Below, piece by piece: positions 39,374 through 50,877 of a stretch of 64,000 nucleotides of DNA (its first letter is position 1; each line of letters starts with the position of its first letter). Origin of the DNA: Polymyxa betae A26-41. Lineage: Eukaryota > Protista > Endomyxa: Phytomyxea. The translations under genes were made by a program, and so were the position numbers. The notes beneath the pieces were generated by a model that saw only the letters and a program-made list of their open reading frames with translations, was not told the DNA's origin and made no database searches. The DNA lies in NCBI GenBank assembly GCA_003693705.1, contig RBZT01000286.1, positions 169,461-233,460 of the forward strand. The letters are read 5' to 3'.

Positions 39374-39545
39374 TTAATGATATCTAAACTGAAATTTAAA
39401 AGTCGATGTCTTGGTCTGGATGCTGCGAAGAGGCTCAGTTTATGCTGAAGAGATTGATAGCTTGGAAGTGACAAAACCCGTCGTGGCAGGTTTTTTAGCG
39501 TAGATCTTCTCTACTACGGTAGCTTGATATCTGAGTCATATCAAC

Positions 39546-40928
39546 ATGGGCACTTCATTCTTAAATCTGCCTCTCAATAATGATCACGAACAGACTTTAC
39601 CAGATCAACTGGAGAAACTCGTTCCTGAGGCCAAATTATTTGTTGCCTTACTGCGTCTTGAACAACGAATCGATGCCAACATTACCAGAAGCAGGCTGCA
39701 GGCCGTCGAAATGCTACACAGTTCCAACAAGGTCTAACTTTGGTAGATTTCCTGCGAGTTTCCTGACGCATTCTAGATGTATAGGATCTTAAGAATATTT
39801 CTCTCCCACCAAGTCTTTGGAGAAGACATTATTATTCATATCCAAGGCCAACTTGTCAATCCAGATGTAAATTTTTTAGTCGAAAATTTCGTATGAATGT
39901 GACTCTATCTAGACTGGCAATTTGGACATGAAGAAATACAGATTTTCGGATTTCATTCGTAGTGCTGTCGTTGTGCTTGATTCCAACGTCTTTCGAGGTA
40001 AATTTCAGAAACTGTGTGGCTCTTAATATCGAAACGATTATCAGGGAAATCATATTCAGAATGGGCAAGATCTAATGAATCGGAATCTGTTGATGGATTT
40101 GAACTGCGAGCTTCTCGACCAGATCCTGCTATTGATTCTTTTTGTCGTATACAACTGATGCTGGACGATTATCCGAAAAGATATACAGTGCCAGAGAAGT
40201 TATCAGCTGCTTTAGGTTGCCAGCAGGAGACATTTGACCGCCTTATGATGGCGCTATGGGCTTATATTAAGCGAAACAATCTTCAGGTCCCCATTGTTTC
40301 AGTTATTTATGACATTTTGATATTGTGTTCTTAGGATGCTGACGATCCAATGACTATTGAGTTCAATGAATCTTTAAGTGAAATTTTCGGCTGTAGCTCG
40401 ATAATGATGGACCAAATTGGTGCATCGTTATTATCGTTATTGTCTCCTGCTGAACCAGTCACTTTTATGTATCATTTAACAATGTCAAATGATCCACTGT
40501 TGTCTCGTCAAGTTTATGAGGTTGCCTTGCAAATACCTCAGACAGAAGGCATGCATGAATTGGGTATTGCGATTGTTCGCATGAAGTGCTGGAGCTCTAA
40601 TCAGTGTCAAAAGAAAAATTTGTCCAGGTTGACAAGGGGTCTCAGGAAAGAATCACTGCGTTAAATTTACGATGTACGGGGCTATTAAAAGAGATTGCTC
40701 TCCATCAGAGAAGACACGAAACCATGTTGGCATTCAATGAATCTCCTGTCGATGTAGCAAGGCTTCAGCTGGAAACTGCCAAGCAAAGCCTAAAGGTCTC
40801 TTTTAATTATTCGATGTCGATATCTGACTGTTCGACAGATTCTGCAGTATGGCAGTCCTCAGGCTAGCGTTGATGCAGCTCGAAGGGCGATCATTGACGA
40901 TCTAATAGCTCCATCTAAAATGACATAA
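39546..40928 (+). CDS. SWI/SNF subunit SMARCD/BAF60 (SWIB domain), divergent
   Basis: LVPEAKLFVALLRLEQRIDANITR, RSLRIFLSH, SEWAR..VDGFELR, LMMALWAYIKRNNLQD, MLAFNESPVD. Confidence 0.8.
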
Positions 40929-41091
40929 CTAGATATTACAATGAAATTTAACCATTTGTTAAACAATGGATATGAATATGGCTGTAGTGGCGTGTGCCTG
41001 GTTATCTGAGGCAATTACACTTTTGTGGTGATGATAGAGGTGAACGTATTGCTGGACTGTTCCGTTTGATCTGGATCTGGTTGCTTCTCTA

Positions 41092-42111
41092 ATGGCATAT
41101 GCAGCACCAGCTGGTGTCTCAATCCAATGTAAAACTATGAGGCATGCCAATGAGGATAGATTCACTGTCATTGAATCAATGCCTGATTATTCTGATTCTG
41201 GTAACATCTTCTCCAATCCATTACTTTCATATCAACATTGCGCTAGTCTCGTTTTTCGCTGTCTATGATGGGCATTGTGGTGATTCCTGTTCTGCATTTC
41301 TAGCTGAAGCTCTCCATAAATATGTGACTGGTTCAATCGCCTTTCAAAATCGCGATTTTAAAACAGCATTGTCTGAAGGGCTATTAGCCGCTGAAAAGAA
41401 TTATCGTAATCAGTTTGAAAATCAGGTTAAAGGCGATCCGACTGCCACTCCTGACAATCCTAAACGTATCTCTGTTGTTAAGATCACAGCAATTAATACT
41501 GATCTATGTATTTTAGCGTCAGCTGGATCATGTGCAGTCTGTGTAATACGAACTAAAACACAATTGTTCATAGCAAATCTGGGTGATTGCCGAGCTGTGG
41601 CTGCTGTTAACAGCATGTCCAAGATGCTAACAAGAGATCATAAGGCCAGTGATCCAATTGAGAAGGTAAAGTGATTTCTGCAACTAGATTGTTGACTGAT
41701 TATCAAGCAGGCAAGGGTCGTGGAAGCTGGAGGATTCGTTCGTTCAAATCGTATGTTTGGATTGATGTCAGTAACACGTTCGATTGGCGATTTCGAATAC
41801 AAATTGGGGAATATAACAGGGACCTTAATATGTACGCCTGAATTACATCAGGTAGATAGCTCTAGCTAGTTTCTAAACTAAATCTGATGTTTGTGCAGGA
41901 AGAGATCAGTCCACAGCATCAATGCTTGATAATGGCATGTGATGGTCTCTGGGATGTCGTTGATAATGCATTGGCAGTGGAGACGGCTCTTGATAGTCTG
42001 AGAGCTGGCAAGACAGCCTCTGAAACAGCTTTTGCCTTAGCTGAATTAGCACAGCAACGTGGAAGTAAGGACGATATCACAGTTATTGTCATTCCACTGA
42101 ATATATCCTAA
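41092..42111 (+). CDS. Protein phosphatase 2C (start may lie upstream near 40966)
   Basis: RHANEDRF, FFAVYDGHCG, ANLGDCRAV, LTRDHKAS, MSVTRSIGD, IMACDGLWDV, RGSKDDITVIV. Confidence 0.92.
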
Positions 42112-42331
42112 ACCTTAACTCAACGTCCCTCAATTAGTAGAATAAATGCATCCTCCATTGCATAGATCTGTAATAACTGACAATATCTGCAGCAGAGTTG
42201 ATTATTATGCTTGTACTTGATAGAGAGAAAAATGTGAAATGTCATTCGACATGTGTAATCCGTGTTTCCAGAGAAATAGGAAGGCGTTATTCAGTCGTAA
42301 ATAAATGCAAGAAACTATGATGACTGTTAGA

Positions 42332-42717
42332 TCAATCTTGATCTTCAGGTTGATCAGCCTCATGATCGTCATTGACTTGCTCGTTAGCTGCTGCCGACTG
42401 TGCAGCAGCTAAAGCTTCCGCCTGTTGGATAGCGTTAGGAAAGCTGCCAGAAGCATCATACCTATTCAGTATTAAAAAATAGGGCAATCAGCCATATTAG
42501 GCGGAGACCTTCGATTATCAAGGAATAGCCTCCACATACCAGACGATATCAACGTCGTGGTATTCTCCCAGGAACTATAATGATCGCGTACATGTTCAGA
42601 ATATGTAGACCTTTTAGGTCTCCTGGTGATATTTGTCTTCCTGACCTTCTTCTTATGCTTATCCTTTTCGGATGATTTCTTGATCTTCTTCGGTATAGGA
42701 GCTAATTGCTGGCTCAT
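42332..42717 (-). CDS. Small basic/acidic hypothetical protein
   Basis: Lys-rich exon followed by a probable second exon ending EQVNDDHEADQPEDQD*. No family recognised. Confidence 0.4.
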
Positions 42718-42922
42718 TTAGAGAAAATGGAAGTATTAATACTTGCAAACGCGATATTGAATATTGTAAAATGTTGGTGTTTAAATGAAATTTGCGTACG
42801 CAAGTATTGAAGAATCCATTTGATTTTTTATACACATACAGTATTGATGGGATTTATGGCACTATAATCTGTAGACCATACCTGCATCTGTGCTTGCTCC
42901 AAGGGTTATTTACTATCAAATT

Positions 42923-44758
42923 ATGATGGAGACCGATCAAGTTCTTGTCCAAGAACCAGCTCCATTGCCGCCCTTACTTCATGCATTGCATGCGTTGAGG
43001 CATCCATCTTTGTCCATAGATCAAAGGAGGCTGTTACTGGCTGAGATTAAGCAGCTACATCGGGAAGTTAATCTCCATCTGGATAAGACTAATGAGGATA
43101 CAATGGCTGCTAAATTATCACTGGATGCACTTGCTCTCCAGTATAACAGCTTAATTCGTGAGAAGGAGTATGTTCAGAAGGAGATGCATATATGTCGAGA
43201 GAGTATCAAATTCGAACAGCATGATCTAGTGAGCCTAGATGAGTTCATGTCTCAAGCTCCCGAACATCTAAGAACTGCAGAAATTGTCCAAGATTCTCAT
43301 AGATTGTATATGTCCAGATTAGTATTTGAAGTACTTTATTATATTTTGCCTCCTATTCGATGATCATTTTATCGAATAGGAAACTCAACGACGCGAAATG
43401 ATGAAGCAGCTTGAGAGTCTTAATCTGAGTAAGAAAGGGCTGATATCAGCTAACGAAGAAATGAAGGCGCTTCTGGACTCGATACCTGCCCATTTGGAAC
43501 GTATCATGAAGGCAGCTTTACCACTGAGAAAACATATGACTTTACCAACTACTGTCATTCTTCCAGATTCTAAGGTAATTTGCTGCTTATAATATTATTC
43601 AATATTTAACACATCATTATGCACAGATGGAAACGTTATGTCATCCTTTATACACGTTATATGTGGCTTTCTCTACATATATCAATGTATTTCAGGATAA
43701 TTTGATCGATGTTCGAATCGAGATTTGTTCTGATCCTTTAGAAGTATTATCGGGTGATACTGAGTTTAAATTACACCCATATAGTGTATTTGTTACGATT
43801 AAGGAGCCCAATATATCTGCTGGTTTAGATTTGGTGTTCTCAGCACTCTATCCTGGTCCAATCATTTTTGTTAAAGGAGGATCCAACATTCTCACTGACC
43901 TTTATTCGGAAGATGATGGAACCACATTTCCTAATTCCATGCAGCATGTTGTTGAGATTGCAACCAATATCAAGTATTTATTGTTGGAATGTTCGATCTG
44001 ATATGTTTCTAATTGGGGCTGTAGAGAGCTCTCGTTAATTGGAACACCTTATAAATGGGCCCAGGCTCTTTGTGCTATCTATCACCATCCAAACCAGACT
44101 CCAAATGCTCGCTCTTTCATCTCTTTAATTCGAGATCGTATGTCTAATCATGTTCAGCTTCAACGTCATATATCTGCTCTAGGTAAGTCGCCAATCGTTC
44201 TGCTCAATGTCTGAAATTTTTTGTAGAATCATTGGATATTCGCATTCCAGCCTCTCTGATGAACGAATTTCGATTCAGTCCTCGTTCCAAGCTATCATCG
44301 TTCAGGTGCTTGTCGCCTCGGTTATATGAATGCGTGTTTCAGCATATTTCTGGTCTTGGTGCAATAACAATTATTTCTGAAGTACATCCAGATTATCCAC
44401 ATCGAATGCCTTCCGTTCAAATAGCTGTTTCAGTATCTGACCCTGACGATCAGTTTGAAACCATCGCTGAGCAAGTTCAATACGAAGTATATTTCTGCTT
44501 GCTGTATTATGTTTTTGTGTTTTAACGATCCTGTAGGTTAATAGTTATTTCCAGCTAGATAATAGGCTAGAACCGGTCCTGTTACCCTATCTGCTTCGCC
44601 ACATACAGATGCTATTCGATGTAAGCATGTGTGCAATTGGTCGTGATACTGATGAGCAAACGAAATTGCTGGTGCGTTTGCGTCGTGGACGTGACCGACG
44701 TCTTCCTTTATTCTATGATGAGAAAGTACAGATGTTTCGAGCTCGTACAAATATATAA
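42923..44758 (+). CDS. THOC5: THO complex subunit 5 (FmiP/Thoc5)
   Basis: LQYNSLIREKEYVQKEMHIC, LVSLDEFMSQAP, HRLYMSRLVFE, LCHPLYTLY, PYKWAQALC, RGRDRRLP. Confidence 0.82.
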
Positions 44759-44847
44759 AACAACTAAGATGGCGTCACTGTACAATTTTCTAGCTAATAC
44801 AATCAGAGAGGGAGTATGTGTGTGTGAGAGAGATAAATAGATAGACC

Positions 44848-44876
44848 GAGAGAGAGAGAGAGAGAGAGAGTGAGAG
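44848..44876. repeat. (GA)n microsatellite
   Basis: GAGAGAGA run between THOC5 and the TBC gene, with (TG)n and GATA flanks. Confidence 0.9.
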
Positions 44877-44958
44877 TACCATCTGATCTATGTCATCCTG
44901 CCGTTATTTAGTAGTAGTTATAATGGACATGTTCTTCATAATATATATATAATAACAT

Positions 44959-46257
44959 ATGTCAATCACCAATAAGCTTCCTGTAGCTTGCCAAAGGTCC
45001 AGTCAGTCCTCGATTTCGAATCAGATCATTGATGATAGACCTCGAGCTTCTCGCTTCATTAAAGCATTAACAGCTGGCACTATAGATCTAGGTATGTCCA
45101 GTCTGGTATTGCCATTATGATCATGAAGCTTGGTCTCCAGATCAGTTGAAGAAGCTGGGATGGTCTGGAATCTCAGCTGAATCCCGTGCTAATGTCTGGC
45201 TGGTATTGCTGCAAGTTCTGCCTGTCTCTGTCGATCTATGGCAGATCACATTAAATAAACGTCTAGCTGCATATCGTGATCTAGTACAACAGTTCTGGAC
45301 AGATTCAGATGCAACAACCACTACTACACCACAAATGCAGAATACACTAAAACAGATCAGGAAAGATGCACCTCGAACTCAGCCAGGATTTCCATTATTT
45401 CAGCACACGAAATTACAAGAAATGATTATTCGAGTATTATACATATGGGCTATTAGACATCCTGCTACTGGTTATGTACAAGGTGGGATATTTGCCATTC
45501 TTTCTCAGACAACATTTCCTTATTCAATCTAGGTATCAATGATCTTCTCGCGCCATTTATATTCGTTTTCTTCAGTGAGACATTCTCGGGCGATTTTTAT
45601 AAGGTTCAGTTGGAAGCTATTGATGACGCTACATTCGAACTAATGGAATCGAAATGCTTCCATTGTTTAACGAAAATCATGGAAATGGTTCCAGATATGT
45701 ATCTATTTGGTCAACCAGGTTCATTATTCAATATGATACTGTCATATTCTAATATGATTCATTTTAGGTATTCAAAGAATGATATATCGATTAGAGCAGC
45801 TTATTAAGAAAATTGATGGTAATTGTCAACAAAACACATTTTCTGATTGTAGTTGACATTCTTGCTGCAGTATCGCTGTATCAGCATTTTAGCAATCAAG
45901 AGCTGCAGTTTGTTCAATTTGCATTCCGTTGGATGAATTGTTTCTTAATACGTGAAATGCCATTAGAAGTGATAGTTCGATTATGGGATACATATTTAAG
46001 TGATGAGAATAATACTGGCTTTACAGTATTTCATGTATATGTATCTGCTGCTCTTTTAATGTTCTATTCACCTCATCTTAAGGTAACTAACTCTCACGAT
46101 TTTTCGGTGCTCATTATTTCTATAGACTTTGGAGTTCCAAGAACTCATGTTGTTTCTGCAAAATATGCCTACAAAACAGTTATCCAACAGGGATATTGAA
46201 TCAATATTATCCCAATCATTCGTATATCAATCAATATTTAACAATACGAAATTTTAA
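44959..46257 (+). CDS. Rab GTPase-activating protein Gyp1/TBC1D22
   Basis: LKKLGWSGI..RANVW, QIRKDAPRT (IxxDxxR), RHPATGYVQGINDL (YxQ), FAFRWMNCFLIRE, RLWDTYLS, FHVYVSAA. Confidence 0.9.
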
Positions 46258-46301
46258 ATCAACAAATATAACAATTAGCAATTGATAACGTCGTGGTCAT
46301 C

Positions 46302-47771
46302 CTATGGTAATTCGATCTGGTCTTTCTCTTTCGAATCTGCCATTTGATTGCCTGATTTCCTGATTTCGGGCTGCATGAAATTGAGCAGAATGGTAGCTCG
46401 GTCTCGAATATGAATATGTGGATGATGTCTAGCAATGTCAGTAAGCAGATAGGATGTTTGCTTGACGTCAGATTTTGATACAATATTTAGAGCAGAGATA
46501 AGTTTGTATCCGAACTGAAAGCTTTCCATTGCCATTGGTAAAGATATTTGACACAGTTTTAACAGAATCGAAGTATCTGCATCTGGACATTTTGCTGCAG
46601 CTAATAATACGGCCAGGTAATCAGCAGCTGTTAATATCGTCAGAGGATTGTCCACCAATGACATTTTATGTAAAAGATAAGGCAATGTTCTATTGGCAAG
46701 GTTCGATGATAATGACAATTGAACTAAAGCATTTACTGGCAGGGACATCAGTAGAGAATCGGGTAATGGCAATCGAGAGAGAATATTTGATAATGAGGAA
46801 TTAGGTAGCGATTCACAAAGATAGGTTAGCAATTGTACAAGATTGTTGAAGCAGCATTCATTATAATGTAGCAGTAATAATTGCAACTTTGTAATGAGAA
46901 TGTATGGAGACCGATCAAAAGTTGTTCGTTGAAGCCATGCTAGAAAATGTTTTCCTTTGATCCAGGATATGAAGAGCCAATGAATGGTTAGTGGTTGAGT
47001 AAGATCGGAGGCACTCAATTGTAAATATGAAGAGAACTCGTCATGATGGTTATCTGCATCATGATTGAGTATAATATATGCCATAAGAGCATAAACTGGA
47101 GAATATCTCGTCTGATACAGCTCTAAAGCAGTTTGTTGCAGGTTAACTCGATGAATGTTGGCACATTCTGATAACATGAGACAATGTAATGATGATAGAG
47201 CTGAATAAGGTCGATTGGAATACAGGCTTGGAATCAACATTGGGCATTGGCATTGTTCTCCTTCTCTGGAGAATGCCTGACATTCAATAGAACGTATTTG
47301 CAATAGACATCGTTGAGATACAGTTGATGGAAATGAAGATAACTGATTGGTGAGTGTTGCTATTAAATTATGACATGTTCTAGGTAATGAATTAGTCATA
47401 CATACAAGTATATTAGTACATGTATAGGCTAAACTAGACCAGATTATAGTATCATGTTGGAAGGAAGACATTGATGATATCAATCTAGATATATGATTAT
47501 GAACTTGCAAACCTGTACGAAAGAATTCCTGAACATGTTCCATCATCATGACTAATAAACAATCTCGTAATATATTGCTGCAATCACCAGATATCACTGT
47601 TGATATTATACAATCAAGAAGCTGCTCTCTCTCAACATATCCAAACTGCTGATATGTTCCAAGATCTTGTAAACAGAGAACCTGACACGAGATATTGGAA
47701 CCTGATTGTCGATTCCATTTCCATGCAGATGATAATAATGATGCTTGATCTAATGATATACGTCTAATCAT
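46302..47771 (-). CDS. AP-5 complex subunit beta-1-like helical solenoid, intronless
   Basis: 489-aa Leu-rich ORF; C-terminal SFQFGYKLISAL..LLTDIARHHPHIHIRDRA resembles the beta-adaptin/AP5B1 DxRDRA motif. Confidence 0.5.
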   Translation of the reverse strand: MIRRISLDQASLLSSAWKWNRQSGSNISCQVLCLQDLGTYQQFGYVEREQLLDCIISTVISGDCSNILRDCLLVMMMEHVQEFFRTGLQVHNHISRLISSMSSFQHDTIIWSSLAYTCTNILVCMTNSLPRTCHNLIATLTNQLSSFPSTVSQRCLLQIRSIECQAFSREGEQCQCPMLIPSLYSNRPYSALSSLHCLMLSECANIHRVNLQQTALELYQTRYSPVYALMAYIILNHDADNHHDEFSSYLQLSASDLTQPLTIHWLFISWIKGKHFLAWLQRTTFDRSPYILITKLQLLLLHYNECCFNNLVQLLTYLCESLPNSSLSNILSRLPLPDSLLMSLPVNALVQLSLSSNLANRTLPYLLHKMSLVDNPLTILTAADYLAVLLAAAKCPDADTSILLKLCQISLPMAMESFQFGYKLISALNIVSKSDVKQTSYLLTDIARHHPHIHIRDRATILLNFMQPEIRKSGNQMADSKEKDQIELP

Positions 47772-47860
47772 TGTGTTTGCAGCAATAACTGTACGTCACT
47801 CTATGTTCCATCTACTATGCATAATCAATCGTGGTACAAATGCAATTCTATTTATTCAAA

Positions 47861-50266
47861 TCAAGCTTTGAATACATCAGCTGATGGATATAAATCATGG
47901 GCCTTATTAATGAAATCAGAAGACCACGTTTTATAGTGTTCATGGACAATCTCTTTGGCTCTTAACAATGACGATAGTGATGGTTTCGATCCTGACCCAA
48001 ATGACATAATTAAAGACCTGATAGAACCCGAATCAGCACCGATTAAGGACATAAGATCTGCAGCATGAACACGATCCATATAATTATCAGAAGTGGAATA
48101 TTTACAGATTAATGAATCAGCATAGGCAGCAGCTGTTGTGAATGTAGATGGAAACAATGAAGCGATCTCAGCTGACACAACTTGACCAACAATATCATCT
48201 GATGGAGTATAATTCAGAGCAAACCGCAGAGCAGCTTTCTGATAGGTTTGATTAGTAGTAGCATGAGGTAATTGATTAGCTTGTAATAATGAATGTAATA
48301 CTCGTAATGGTAGATTCATGCAAGTATACAGATCAGCAGATACAATATATGTTTGCATATCTGACGGAGCAAACATTTCTAATTTATGAACATGTTCACG
48401 ACATTTAATAAGGAAATTGCCATCTTTCAGAAACGATTCTCCATCAGAGTCAGTATCACCATCTTTGGAATCTTTGGCCATCTTATGAAGTGCTCTTCTG
48501 GCTTTTGCTGCTTCTCGTTTAGATAGCTGAGTATGGCTATCAGATTCACGTTTCGCTTCAGCATCATTAGAAACAGGATTTAAAGAGCGGTGATGCAAAT
48601 TGAGATAGATTCGGGCCGAGTTGACAGCAGCTCGAACAGCGAATCGATGGGCTCTTAATGTATCCTCCCATTTTAACATAGATACATAGACAGATAATGT
48701 TTGACGACGTATACAATACATATGAAAATCGAATTGATCATCAGCAATATCATTAAAGTGAATATCAACCTGATTAAACTTCCTTAATGCTGGTCCATAT
48801 TGATGTTGACGTTGATAAGCTTCACCAACAGCTAATTCATACCACATACATTGCATATCAAATAGAGATATAACGGTATCACCATCACGTAAGAATAAAG
48901 AGACAACATTCTCAGCATCAGATAACAGACCAGCACGAAGAGCATATTTAACAGTTTTCGTATTTAGATATCGATCTTGAAGATCAAGACGACGTGCTTG
49001 ATCCATGACAGAATGAGCTTCAACAAACGCACCGATATGTTTTAATATTCGAGCTTTTAGCATGAGAATATCAATACAGCTGCGATCTATCTCACCAGAA
49101 TGAAGTTCCAGAATACGATCAATAATCTTTAATGCTGAATTGTGATCGTTAATAAAATCCAAATGTTCAGCATATAACATTAATGACTCTCTTGTTATTG
49201 GTTCTTCATTACCGTATCCAATAATTAAATTACATATCACTTCACGTTTATCTGCCTCAGAATAGAATTGGCGAACGCAACGGAATAGACAAGGAATACC
49301 TCGTTGAAGACCAGCTCTGAGATATTGATCAGATAATGATGTAAATATTGAGATATCAGTTATAAACTGAAGTGGAAGAAGTTTGGGAAGATTGGCCTCA
49401 GGATATATGTTAATTAGATCTTCATATACAGATAAGAGATCTGATTCAGCAATATCCAGAGCAGATTGAAATCCAGTATGATAATCAATATGATCTGGAT
49501 TAATATTAAGTAACTGTCGATATAAATCAACAGCTTCCTTGTTACGACCAAGCTTTAGCAATAAATCAGCTTGAATCTGTTTATAGGCGAGCATGTCCAG
49601 AATCGACTGATGATGATCTTGTGAGAATTGTAGAGCTTGTTGCAGTAATCCCTCTTCAATCATGATTCGCAATTGAAATAGAATCATCTCACTATATTCA
49701 TAAGACTTATTATCTTGATCTAATGTCTTATAATATGCAGATAGAATATCAAGAGCACGTTGACGTCGTCCACCAAGACATGCTGATACACTATATGCTA
49801 ACCAGTTATGTCTTCCTCCTGGTTGTAATACCAATATACGACGTCGTGTCTCTTCATAACCTGATAGATCACGGATTTGGATCTGAAGCAGTGATAAATC
49901 ACGAAGTATCTGAATATTATCAGGATCAATATGAAGAGCACGAAGATAGGCTTTAATGGCCTGAGCATATTCTCGTGCAGCACGATGATAAAGGCCTAAG
50001 ACATGCCAACAGATATGGGATTGCATATTTGCTAACAGTCCCTTCTTAATCATAGGTAGAGCTTGAGATTGTTGTTCAGGTCCCAAACAATTCAGAATTA
50101 ATCCCTTCATAGCCATGGTCTCACCATGTCCAGCCTGCGCTTTCAGAATCTGATCAGCAGCCCGAAGTCCCTTCTTGTACTGTTTTGTCTCATAGAATCG
50201 AACTAGCTGCTTGAATATGAGAGCATATCGTTGCGGTAGGACTTGTAATGAGCTCTGCTTTGACAT
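47861..50266 (-). CDS. NAA15: NatA N-terminal acetyltransferase auxiliary subunit, intronless
   Basis: YETKQYKKGL, HGETMAMKGL, SHICWHVLGL, ILRDLSLLQIQIRD, LDLQDRYLNTK, DMQCMWYE, DDQFDFHMYCIRR. Confidence 0.96.
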   Translation of the reverse strand: MSKQSSLQVLPQRYALIFKQLVRFYETKQYKKGLRAADQILKAQAGHGETMAMKGLILNCLGPEQQSQALPMIKKGLLANMQSHICWHVLGLYHRAAREYAQAIKAYLRALHIDPDNIQILRDLSLLQIQIRDLSGYEETRRRILVLQPGGRHNWLAYSVSACLGGRRQRALDILSAYYKTLDQDNKSYEYSEMILFQLRIMIEEGLLQQALQFSQDHHQSILDMLAYKQIQADLLLKLGRNKEAVDLYRQLLNINPDHIDYHTGFQSALDIAESDLLSVYEDLINIYPEANLPKLLPLQFITDISIFTSLSDQYLRAGLQRGIPCLFRCVRQFYSEADKREVICNLIIGYGNEEPITRESLMLYAEHLDFINDHNSALKIIDRILELHSGEIDRSCIDILMLKARILKHIGAFVEAHSVMDQARRLDLQDRYLNTKTVKYALRAGLLSDAENVVSLFLRDGDTVISLFDMQCMWYELAVGEAYQRQHQYGPALRKFNQVDIHFNDIADDQFDFHMYCIRRQTLSVYVSMLKWEDTLRAHRFAVRAAVNSARIYLNLHHRSLNPVSNDAEAKRESDSHTQLSKREAAKARRALHKMAKDSKDGDTDSDGESFLKDGNFLIKCREHVHKLEMFAPSDMQTYIVSADLYTCMNLPLRVLHSLLQANQLPHATTNQTYQKAALRFALNYTPSDDIVGQVVSAEIASLFPSTFTTAAAYADSLICKYSTSDNYMDRVHAADLMSLIGADSGSIRSLIMSFGSGSKPSLSSLLRAKEIVHEHYKTWSSDFINKAHDLYPSADVFKA

Positions 50267-50877
50267 TGATATGTAATATTTGGGAGTATTGAAGGAGGAA
50301 TTGCCTTGTTGTTGAACGAAATCCCCTCTTACCAAGAGATTTTAATTAACAAGTGCGTCACGGACTTTATAACAATGTAACATATATGATATACTCTGTA
50401 CTTTGCATTAATATTCTGTAACATTACCAATACAATAGGTCTTCTCTATTACTTGTTTCATTACTTAATAATAACAGTCAATTGCAATGATAATCAAGTA
50501 TACTGTGCATCTCATGAAGACTATTGCAGTTGCAAGACATTGCCTCAAAAACTGAACAGGATATCAGTGCCTTTGTCAGCAATCGGATAAGGCTCATTTG
50601 CACGATGCCAACAGACAATTTAAGCTGCAGCGAAATAACAGATAAGCTGTTTTATGTTGAGGAACATCATGAAATGTATGAACAAGGAGATTTAGTCCTT
50701 TACACATGTTGACAGTTTAGAATACATCCAGCTGATTATACCTAATCTGACTAATATTGTAATATTTCCAATGTTCTATGCATTGTTAATATTATCATCA
50801 ACTAGCCCAAATACCACATATTGCTTCATGTTAGATAATACCCGTTGCTCAATTATTATGAAGTTTAATAGAGTTAG

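Noticed and set aside
50524-50712. 62-aa ORF between NAA15 and the LtaS-like gene
   Set aside because: Non-ATG start, no motif, AT-rich intergenic context.
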